DNA of 42,912 bases from Haloarculaceae archaeon (GTDB taxonomy: Archaea > Halobacteriota > Halobacteria > Halobacteriales > Haloarculaceae). Position numbers and translations under genes: made by a program. Below, piece by piece: positions 36,161 to 42,912 of the stretch (the stretch's first letter is position 1; every line of letters starts with the position of its first letter). Under the pieces are notes generated by a model. The model was not told the DNA's origin. It did no database searches and saw only the letters and a list, made by a program, of their open reading frames with translations. The stretch is taken from NCBI GenBank assembly GCA_042217765.1, contig JBDGSB010000084.1, positions 1 through 42,912 of the forward strand, read 5' to 3'.

Positions 36161-37426
36161 ATGGCGCTCGGACCGACGCTCCCCGAAGAGACGGACATCC
36201 TGATCGTCGGCGGCGGAATCGTCGGCACCGCGACGGCGTTCTGGCTGTCGCGAAAGACCGACCGCGAGATGACGCTCGTCGACAAGGACAACGTCGCCGG
36301 CGGGGCGACCGGTGATTCCTCGGCCATCCTCCGGCACGTCTACGAGGACCGCCCGACGTACGCCGAGATGGCCTGGTGGAGTCACGAGTTCTACCGCGAC
36401 TTCGAGGACGAGACCGGCTACGAACTGTCGACGCCCGACCAGCCGCTGATCCAGTGGGGCGGTCCGGCCAGCGGCCACGAGGTGTCGCCGATGGTCGACT
36501 ACGAGACGCTACAGTCGCTCGACATCCCGGTGACGAGGTACGAGGCCGACGAGTTGCCCGCCCTGTTTCCGCTGTTCGAGTTCACCGACGGCTTCGAGTA
36601 CGCGGTCAGCGACGACGAAGCCGGCTACACCGAACCGGCGACCGCGGCCAACGGGTTCGCGAAGGCCGCCCAGGACAACGGCGCACGGGTCGTCACGGGC
36701 GTGGCCGTCGAATCGATCGACGCCGACGATGGGACGGTCGCCGGCGTCGAGACCGACGAGGGCTACATCGCCTGCGAGGACGTCGTCATCGCCGCGGGGT
36801 CGTGGTCGTACAAACTCGCCGCGACGGTCGACGTCGATCTCCCGATCACGCCCGAACGCGAACAGGCGCTCCTGCTCGACCCACCGGAGAACGTCTCCAA
36901 AGCGGAGCTCCGGTCGGTCCGCACGACCGGCCGCAGCAGCTCCAATCCGGACGGCGTCTGGTGGTACTTCCGGGCGGATTTCGGCGACACCATCTACATG
37001 GGAACCCACGCCCGCGCCGATTCCGTCGATCCCGACGACTACGACCGCACTCCCGACCAGAAACGCAAGGTCGAAGCCTTCGACATCCTCGACGAGTTCG
37101 CGCCGAAGCTCGCCGACTCGGAGATCGTCGGCGAGTTCTGCGGCGTCACCGCGAACACGCCCGACCAGGGATTCATCATCGACCAGGTCGGCCCCGACGG
37201 CCTGTACGCGCTGGTCGATGCCGGCCACGGATTCAAGCACGGCCCCGTCATCGGCCACCTCGGTGCCGACCTCGTCCTCGACGGCGAGAGCGACCTCTTC
37301 GACGTCGACCTGTTCACCGTCGACCGCTTCGACGATCGCTCGCCGAACCAGCCCCTCACCTACGACGACCCCGCCGAACTCCACCTGGCGACTGGCCGCA
37401 GCACGTCGTCCGACCACGGCGGGTAG
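36161..37426 (+). CDS. FAD-dependent oxidoreductase, DAO family (paralog of the 30234-31415 gene)
   Basis: 421 aa. DILIVGGGIVGTATAFWLS FAD motif. Colinear with the first DAO gene at ~45% identity (…AGHGFKHGPVIGHLGADLVL…). Confidence 0.8.
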   Translation: MALGPTLPEETDILIVGGGIVGTATAFWLSRKTDREMTLVDKDNVAGGATGDSSAILRHVYEDRPTYAEMAWWSHEFYRDFEDETGYELSTPDQPLIQWGGPASGHEVSPMVDYETLQSLDIPVTRYEADELPALFPLFEFTDGFEYAVSDDEAGYTEPATAANGFAKAAQDNGARVVTGVAVESIDADDGTVAGVETDEGYIACEDVVIAAGSWSYKLAATVDVDLPITPEREQALLLDPPENVSKAELRSVRTTGRSSSNPDGVWWYFRADFGDTIYMGTHARADSVDPDDYDRTPDQKRKVEAFDILDEFAPKLADSEIVGEFCGVTANTPDQGFIIDQVGPDGLYALVDAGHGFKHGPVIGHLGADLVLDGESDLFDVDLFTVDRFDDRSPNQPLTYDDPAELHLATGRSTSSDHGG

Positions 37427-37440
37427 AGCGGTTCCCCCAC

Positions 37441-37525
37441 CAGCACGTCGTTGGCCTACTCGGCCAGCACGTCGTTGGCCTACTCGGCCAGCACGTCGTT
37501 GGCCTACTCGGCCAGCACGTCGTTG
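37441..37525. repeat. 24-bp tandem repeat x3.5 (CAGCACGTCGTTGGCCTACTCGGC) duplicating the stop-codon region of the aminotransferase gene
   Basis: Each copy carries the terminal sense-strand GCCGAG TAG. The copies sit in the 3' UTR. Confidence 0.85.
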
Positions 37526-38586
37526 ATCGTCTCGACGGCGCGGCGGGTGCTCTCGGGAGTGCCACACGTGATGCGGATGCAGCCATCGGCGTTCCAGGGC
37601 GGGTCCGCACAGTCCCTGACGATGACGCCGCGTTCCTCGCAGGCCCGCGCGATCGCCGCGGAGTCGCCGACCTCGGCGAGCAGGAAGTTCGACGCGCTCT
37701 CCCAGGTCCGGGCGTCGAGTTCGTCGTGCATGTACGCCCGCGACCAGCGGACGAGTTCGACGCTCTCCCGGACGTGCTCGTCGTCGTCCAGAGCCGCCAG
37801 GCCGGCCCGGCAGGCGAGTTCACTGACCGCGAACGGCGAGTTGACGTGGTCGTAGGCGTCGGCCCACACGCCGGGCACCAGCGCGTACCCTACGCGAATG
37901 CCGGCCAGTCCGTAGACCTTCGAGAACGTCCGGAGGACGGCCACGTCGTCACGGTCGTCGAGCAGTGACCGGGCGCTGGGCGCGTCGGTGAACTCCCCGT
38001 AGGCCTCGTCAACGACCAGCAGGGTGTCGTCGTCGAGTCGCTCCCGCAGCGTCCGGATCTCGGCCATCGGCATCTCGCTGCCGGTCGGGTTGTGCGGCGT
38101 CGTCACGAAGACGAACCGCTCGCCGTCGTAGGCGTCCAGTACCCGATCGGCGGTCTGCGCCCAGTCGTCGTCCTTCCGGAGCGCGTACCGGCCGCCCACG
38201 GTTCCGTTGTGGTAGTGTGCGCCCTTCGGGTAGTAGGGGTAGCCGGGGTCGGGCGTCAGTATCTCCTCGCCGGGATCGAGTACGGCACGGTAGAGGTAAT
38301 CGAGCGCGCCGTTGGCACCGGGTCCGAGCCAGACCTGTTCCGGCGGGAGGTCCCACCGCCGCGCGAGGGCCTCGGTGAGGTCGGTGTGGGCCGTCGTCGG
38401 ATAGACGTTCGCGCGCGCGGCCGTCGTCCGCATGGCTTCGACGGCCTTCGGGCTCGGGCCGAGGGCGTTCTCGTTCGACGAGAGCTTCACGTAGTCGTCG
38501 GGCGACCCGCCGCGTTCGCGTGCGATCTCTTCCGGACCGCCGCCGGGCCGATAGACGCCGTGGTCCGAGAGGTCTCTCGGGTCCAT
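37504..38586 (-). CDS. class I/II PLP-dependent aminotransferase (HisC-like)
   Basis: 360 aa starting at the internal ATG. LSSNENALGPSP and the …TFSKVYGLAGIRVGY PLP-lysine region. Its start is 1 nt from the stop of the MttB-like gene. Confidence 0.8.
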   Translation of the reverse strand: MDPRDLSDHGVYRPGGGPEEIARERGGSPDDYVKLSSNENALGPSPKAVEAMRTTAARANVYPTTAHTDLTEALARRWDLPPEQVWLGPGANGALDYLYRAVLDPGEEILTPDPGYPYYPKGAHYHNGTVGGRYALRKDDDWAQTADRVLDAYDGERFVFVTTPHNPTGSEMPMAEIRTLRERLDDDTLLVVDEAYGEFTDAPSARSLLDDRDDVAVLRTFSKVYGLAGIRVGYALVPGVWADAYDHVNSPFAVSELACRAGLAALDDDEHVRESVELVRWSRAYMHDELDARTWESASNFLLAEVGDSAAIARACEERGVIVRDCADPPWNADGCIRITCGTPESTRRAVETINDVLAE

Positions 38587-38587
38587 C

Positions 38588-40036
38588 TCAATGCAGAATT
38601 TCCTCGCGTTTGTCTTCGACGTAGCGGTCGAGGTCGTTGCGGATGTCCTCGTCCATCGGCGGCCGTTCGTACTCCTCGACCAGCGTCTGCACCCGCTCGT
38701 GGGCACGCTCGAAGGCGGTCTTCGCGCCGTCGTTCTCCCAGTTGTCGTAGGAGTCGCGATAGGACAGTTCGGGAATCAGGAAGTTCTCCTGGGAGTATTC
38801 GAGCGTGTGGCGCTTGTTGAGGAAGTGGTCGGCGGGGTCGATCTCCTCGATGAGGTCGAGCGCGAAGGAGTCCTCGTCGAGGTCGAACCCGGCGGCGAAC
38901 CGCTGGAGGTACCGGATGCGGTCGCAATCGAGGACGAACTTCTCCGGCGAGGACGTCGAGTAGGAGTCCATGATGCCGACGCCGTGGGAGACGTAATCGA
39001 TGCCGCTGAAGAGGGTCACGAACAGCTGTAACATCGCCTCGGACCCGGCCTGATCGTCGACCGTCTTCGAGTCGTTGAGTCCGCCGCCGGCCCGCGAGGG
39101 GACGTCGTAGTAGCGGGCCATCTGGCCGGCCAGCGAGACGAACAGCGCGCCCTCGGGACTACCGATCGAGAACGAGCCGTACCGGATGTCGATGTTCGAG
39201 GTCGGCAGGCCGTAGACGATCGGCGTCCCGCGATTGACCGACTGTGCGATGACGTTGCCCGCCAGGATTTCGGCGTTGGCCAGGGCCATCGACCCCGCGA
39301 TTGCCGCCGGGCCGGACGCCGACGCCATCACGGCGGGCGCGAGGATGACCGGCTGTTCCATCCGGGCGTGCTGGAGGATACCGCCGGTCATCTTCGTGTC
39401 CCACGTGCGCGGCGAGACGCTGTTTGCGTTGCCGATGAGGTAGTAGTCGTCGAGATCGGGGTCGTCGTGCGCGATGCCGACCATCTCGGCCGCGCGTCGC
39501 GCGCGGTCCTCGCCGTAGCAGTTGCTGCCGGGTAGCTTGTCGGTCATCTGGAGGGTGCGGTTCTGGGTCTCCAGGTAGGCCACGCTCTCGTCGTAGTCGG
39601 TCGGGACGCACACTTCCGTGCCCGCAGTCGTGACGACGTCTTCCATCTGCGTTATCTTCTGAAATAACTCGAAGTCCTCCATGACCGAGGGCCGCCGGCC
39701 GCCGTCGTAGGTCAGCACGTTCGGCGGGCCGGCCGCCGTCGAGATGACGTGGCCGTCCGCCCCGAGCGTCTGGTCCGGCTGGGAGCCCCGACCGCGGACG
39801 GTGAACGTCGAAGGGGCCGCGTCGATACAGTCCTCGACCAGGTCGGGTGGGAACGTGACCACGTTGCTCTCTTCGTCGACCGTGCAGCCGTTTGCCGCGA
39901 GTAACTGCCGCGCGTCCTCGTGCCCGACGCGAATGCCCATCTCCTCGAGGATGGTGAGCGACTTCTCGTGCATGAGATCCTCTCCCTCGGGAGGCAACCT
40001 GTCGAGGTACGGGACGTCCAGTGTCTCTAAGCTCAT
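38588..40036 (-). CDS. MttB-superfamily (trimethylamine/quaternary-amine methyltransferase-like) protein, no pyrrolysine
   Basis: 482 aa. N-terminal …MHEKSLTILEEMGIRVGHEDARQLLAANGCTVDEESNVVTFPPDLVEDCIDAAPSTFTVRGRG matches the MttB family. The protein length matches a TIM barrel. Confidence 0.75.
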   Translation of the reverse strand: MSLETLDVPYLDRLPPEGEDLMHEKSLTILEEMGIRVGHEDARQLLAANGCTVDEESNVVTFPPDLVEDCIDAAPSTFTVRGRGSQPDQTLGADGHVISTAAGPPNVLTYDGGRRPSVMEDFELFQKITQMEDVVTTAGTEVCVPTDYDESVAYLETQNRTLQMTDKLPGSNCYGEDRARRAAEMVGIAHDDPDLDDYYLIGNANSVSPRTWDTKMTGGILQHARMEQPVILAPAVMASASGPAAIAGSMALANAEILAGNVIAQSVNRGTPIVYGLPTSNIDIRYGSFSIGSPEGALFVSLAGQMARYYDVPSRAGGGLNDSKTVDDQAGSEAMLQLFVTLFSGIDYVSHGVGIMDSYSTSSPEKFVLDCDRIRYLQRFAAGFDLDEDSFALDLIEEIDPADHFLNKRHTLEYSQENFLIPELSYRDSYDNWENDGAKTAFERAHERVQTLVEEYERPPMDEDIRNDLDRYVEDKREEILH

Positions 40037-40096
40037 CCTGTAGAGAACGGACCGGGTGGCCCATAGATGTTTCCCGCGAACGGGCCACGGTGTGTG

Positions 40097-40666
40097 TCAC
40101 TCGACCCGCCGACGGAGCAACTCGGTGAACGTCTCCTGAGACTGGTGTGCAACGCCCGCTAGCGCCGTCGCGTTCAGGTACACGGTGAAGTCCATCTTCG
40201 GAGCCGTCAGTTCGAGGCGATCGCCGTCGCCCGTTTCAACCTCGCTGACGACGACGTGGGCGAACTCGTTGGTGACTTCGACGAGGCGAGTCGTCGTCGG
40301 GTCTTCGGTCGTTCCGCCAGGCCCGTCGTCCGGGTCACTCGTCGCCACGACGTCGGCCGGATCACTCGTCGCCACGACGTCGGCTGGGTCGCCGTCGCGA
40401 GCGGTCGTATCGACGTCGTGCAGGAACGACCGGTAGGTGTCGCGGTCCTGCCAGGTCAGGCTTTCCAGCGCGACCGCGTCCAGCCGGACGCTCGCGTCCC
40501 GCTCGGTCGATTCAAGTTCGAGCCGAGTTCCCTTCGGCGTCTCGACCTCCCTGACGGCGATCGTCGCGTCGCGTCCCGACACCGTCGCGAGCGGTCGTAT
40601 CGACGTCTTCCCGGGGGGATCGGAACTCGCGTTGGTGTCGGTCGGCGCGTCGGTGTCGTCGGTCAT
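40097..40666 (-). CDS. hypothetical protein with an internal two-fold duplication
   Basis: 189 aa. Halves are related (IAVREVETPKGTRLELESTERDASVRLDAVALESL versus AHVVVSEVETGDGDRLELTAPKMDFTVYLNATALAGV). It contains an in-frame 27-bp tandem duplication (DPADVVATS x2). Its ATG overlaps the stop of the Rieske beta subunit. Confidence 0.55.
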   Translation of the reverse strand: MTDDTDAPTDTNASSDPPGKTSIRPLATVSGRDATIAVREVETPKGTRLELESTERDASVRLDAVALESLTWQDRDTYRSFLHDVDTTARDGDPADVVATSDPADVVATSDPDDGPGGTTEDPTTTRLVEVTNEFAHVVVSEVETGDGDRLELTAPKMDFTVYLNATALAGVAHQSQETFTELLRRRVE

Positions 40667-41172
40667 ACGAAAAACGAGAGGTTTCGGGTCCCGAGGACGG
40701 TCTGGTCGAGAAACACTGTTCGCGTCGCCAGTTCGAGTCCGTCGTCGGTCCTTCGCAGGGTATCCCGGCGCTCACAGGAGATGACGTCCTCCTCGGTCGT
40801 CTCGCCCTGGTTCCGGTACAGCAGGACGTTACTCCTGACGTCGATTTCGTCGCCATCGACCGACGCGACCCGGACGTTGGTGACGAAGTGCCGGAGACGC
40901 GACGGGGGGTTCTCCGCCCAGGCGTACTCCTTGTCGAAGCGTTTCACGCGCGTCTCCAGGGTGCCTCTGTCCTCGCGGTAGAGGTAGCTATCGTCGCTGA
41001 ACTCCGATTTCTCGGCCCCGCGCTCCCTGGTAACGCGGCGAGGGATTCGGTAGTCGACGTCGTCGGCCAGCAGGTCGAGCCACTCGTGGAGACGGCCGTC
41101 GTCGAGACACTCGGCTTCCCGGTACAGGAACTGCTCACACTCTAGACGGAGTTCGAGGTGCGATTCCGTCAT
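40663..41172 (-). CDS. ring-hydroxylating dioxygenase beta subunit (NTF2/SnoaL-like fold)
   Basis: 169 aa. …CEQFLYREAECLDDGRLHEWLDLLADDVDY… is typical of Rieske oxygenase small subunits. It lies 4 nt downstream of the alpha subunit. Confidence 0.75.
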   Translation of the reverse strand: MTESHLELRLECEQFLYREAECLDDGRLHEWLDLLADDVDYRIPRRVTRERGAEKSEFSDDSYLYREDRGTLETRVKRFDKEYAWAENPPSRLRHFVTNVRVASVDGDEIDVRSNVLLYRNQGETTEEDVISCERRDTLRRTDDGLELATRTVFLDQTVLGTRNLSFFV

Positions 41173-41176
41173 CGTC

Positions 41177-42532
41177 TCACCCGATCCGCTGGCCGGTCAT
41201 CGTCCGGTACCAGCTGTCGTAGAACGTTCGGAGCGTCCCGTCCTCGAAGTTCGTCTCGTAGACCGTTCCCGGGCCGGGCCAGCTATCGCCGAGTTCCTCG
41301 AAGTCGGCCATGTCGTCCATGCCCATCTGGTAGTTGCCCGTCGGCTCGTTGGTCTTCGCGAACGTGCTGCCAGCGGCCTCGGCGATGCCGTCCCAGACGG
41401 CGAAGTCGTCGACTTCGAAGTTCCCGGCGACGCTGAACGTGGAGATGCCGGCGTCGTAGGCCTGTTGTTTGAACTCCTCGGACGCGTTGCTGGGCACGAG
41501 CATCCAGTTCCAGACTTCCGTCCGGTCGGGGCCGAGAGGCCGCCACTTCCGGACGTTGAGGAAGCTCGCCAGGTCCCGATTGTCGGGATCCGGCGTAAAG
41601 GGAGCTTGCAGGAGCGAGCAGTTCGGGAAGATGGTTCCGACGAAGTCGATGAGTCCTTGTGCCAGTTCGTACTGGTCCCGCGATACGTGGTCGTCGGTGT
41701 AGGGAACCTCCGGGTAGCCGGGCGCGCGTTCGTCCTCGAAGTAGGCGACGAGCGCCGAGTGGCCGCTACAGTCGGTGACGTCTACCCCGGTCCGCTGGGA
41801 GCGCTCGCCCGACAGTTCGGGCGGGAACAGTTCCAGGTCCAGTACGGACTGGTGGGTCGCCGGCGTGTGGTAGGAGTCGCCCGTGAAGTTGTCCGCGCCG
41901 ATCTTCCAGTTCGTGTCGATCTCCCACCGTATCGGCTCGCCGACGACCTCGAGCCCCCCGTCGACGGCCTCGAACAGCAAGTCGAGGTACCACGTGAACT
42001 CGCCCAGGTACTCCGCCAGCGGCGGTGCCTCTTCCGACAGGGTCGCGAAGACCAGGCCGCCGTAGTCGTCGACCTGTGGCGCGGGTCGCAGGGAGTGCTC
42101 GCACGTATCGAGGTCCTGAAAACACTGGTTCTTTCGCGGGACGCCGACCAGTTCGCCCGTATTCTTGTACGTCCAGTTGTGGTACGGACACCGGAAGTGC
42201 GTCGTGTTGCCCTGTTCGGCACGAACGACGGTCGTCCCCCGATGGCGACACGAGTCGAACAGGACCCGGATTTCCCCGTTCTCGTCGCGGACGAAGATGA
42301 AGGGACTGTCGCCGACGTACCGTTTGGCGTAGTCGCCGGGTTCCGGAATCTCCGTCTCGTGGCCGACGAGAATCCACGACCGACCGAACACGCGTTCCAG
42401 TTCCAGGTCGTGTATCTCGCGGTCGTTGTGAATACGTTTCGGTAGCTTTCCCGTCTCGGTTATCTCGCCGGCCTGTTCGATGAGGTTTCGAACCCTCTCC
42501 GGCGGGTGTTGATCCGTGCCACCACTGCTCAT
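41177..42532 (-). CDS. Rieske [2Fe-2S] non-heme-iron oxygenase alpha subunit
   Basis: 451 aa from the ATG at 42532. The longer ORF to 42565 would include the TATA box. Rieske motif CRHRG-x17-CPYHNW. The C-terminal catalytic domain has His/Asp ligands. Confidence 0.85.
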   Translation of the reverse strand: MSSGGTDQHPPERVRNLIEQAGEITETGKLPKRIHNDREIHDLELERVFGRSWILVGHETEIPEPGDYAKRYVGDSPFIFVRDENGEIRVLFDSCRHRGTTVVRAEQGNTTHFRCPYHNWTYKNTGELVGVPRKNQCFQDLDTCEHSLRPAPQVDDYGGLVFATLSEEAPPLAEYLGEFTWYLDLLFEAVDGGLEVVGEPIRWEIDTNWKIGADNFTGDSYHTPATHQSVLDLELFPPELSGERSQRTGVDVTDCSGHSALVAYFEDERAPGYPEVPYTDDHVSRDQYELAQGLIDFVGTIFPNCSLLQAPFTPDPDNRDLASFLNVRKWRPLGPDRTEVWNWMLVPSNASEEFKQQAYDAGISTFSVAGNFEVDDFAVWDGIAEAAGSTFAKTNEPTGNYQMGMDDMADFEELGDSWPGPGTVYETNFEDGTLRTFYDSWYRTMTGQRIG

Positions 42533-42552
42533 GAGCCTATTTCCGGACACTC

Positions 42553-42562
42553 TCATATAAAT
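42553..42562 (-). promoter_or_regulatory. TATA-like box (ATTTATATGA) 21-30 nt upstream of the Rieske alpha ATG
   Basis: The only AT-rich patch upstream of the operon. Confidence 0.4.
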
Positions 42563-42615
42563 CATCGGTCAACCGTCGTGGTAGTGTTCAGATACGCAGA
42601 AGCGCTCACGAACAG

Positions 42616-42722
42616 CATGAAAGGGGCCGCTGGCTCCGGTCGAGGGCCTCGCTGCGCTCCTCACTCCGTTGCGGTGCTTGCGTCGTCCGTCTTCCCGGAG
42701 CCAGCGGCCCGGGGCTTTCATG
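42616..42722. repeat. large imperfect inverted repeat. Arms are CATGAAAGGGGCCGCTGGCTCCGG and CCGGAGCCAGCGGCCCGGGGCTTTCATG, separated by a 55-nt loop.
   Basis: Read directly from the sequence. Arms are 22/24 complementary with one 4-nt bulge. It sits ~85 nt upstream of the Rieske promoter. Confidence 0.7.
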
Positions 42723-42842
42723 CTGATCCAAACAGTGACTCTCGATCTCTTATCTGAACAGTGCTACCGTCGTGATCTCGCCGTCGCGAGGAACACACCG
42801 TCAGTGGTCCTCATCGTCGCGAGAAACGGGCCAGGAGTAAGG

Positions 42843-42912
42843 GGTACTCGACGCGGCCGACGACGGCGGTACAGGTACTCGACGACGGCGGTACAGGTAC
42901 TCGACGACGGCG
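42843..42912. repeat. 22-bp tandem repeat (GTACAGGTACTCGACGACGGCG) x3, continuing off the right edge
   Basis: ggtactcgacgcggccgacgacggcg / gtacaggtactcgacgacggcg / gtacaggtactcgacgacggcg. Confidence 0.8.

Overview
The window is a GC-rich (~65%) haloarchaeal (Halobacteria-type) chromosomal segment. The encoded proteins are strongly acidic, promoters are TATA-like at about 25-30 nt upstream of leaderless starts, and many start/stop codons overlap as ATGA/GTGA, indicating tightly coupled operons. I found no rRNA genes and no CRISPR array.

Layout, left to right:
- 1-1915: right-hand end of an integrated element. It contains a partial RPA-like ssDNA-binding gene and a tyrosine integrase, and abuts tRNA-Leu(UAG).
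- 1993-2307: an orphan TFB C-terminal cyclin-repeat ORF. It is followed by about 550 bp of GC-poor non-coding DNA.
- 2859-4456: methylmalonyl-CoA epimerase and a PAS sensor histidine kinase.
- 4468-9794: a minus-strand locus that I rate as the most interesting feature here. It encodes an ESCRT-III/Snf7-like protein with an adjacent MIT-domain Vps4/CdvC-like AAA ATPase. Next come an acidic hypothetical protein and an operon encoding a zinc-ribbon/SPFH (band-7)/coiled-coil protein, a HEAT-like repeat protein and a tiny membrane protein.
- 10273-13243: a three-gene operon of unknowns. One is a 675-aa coiled-coil protein with GETADDG repeats.
- 13383-14224: DoxX and a small membrane protein.
- 14312-14981: decayed thiolase and SDR genes lying directly upstream of an intact phaE-phaC operon (class III PHA synthase) at 14983-16730.
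- 16765-16938: an unannotated 57-aa C4HC3 (PHD-like) zinc-finger microprotein.
- 17038-25374: P-type ATPase, ATP-grasp enzyme, CBS-MaoC hotdog protein, two divergent EamA transporters and a small membrane protein.
- 26075-42532: a catabolic island. It holds a Dpp/Opp-type ABC importer, two DAO-family FAD oxidoreductases, an MFS transporter, an MmgE/PrpD protein, an aminotransferase, an MttB-family methyltransferase and a Rieske dioxygenase alpha/beta pair. I read it as a candidate N-methylated or quaternary amine degradation cluster.

Short tandem duplications (18-33 bp, 2-4 copies) recur at gene 3' ends and inside genes across the window.
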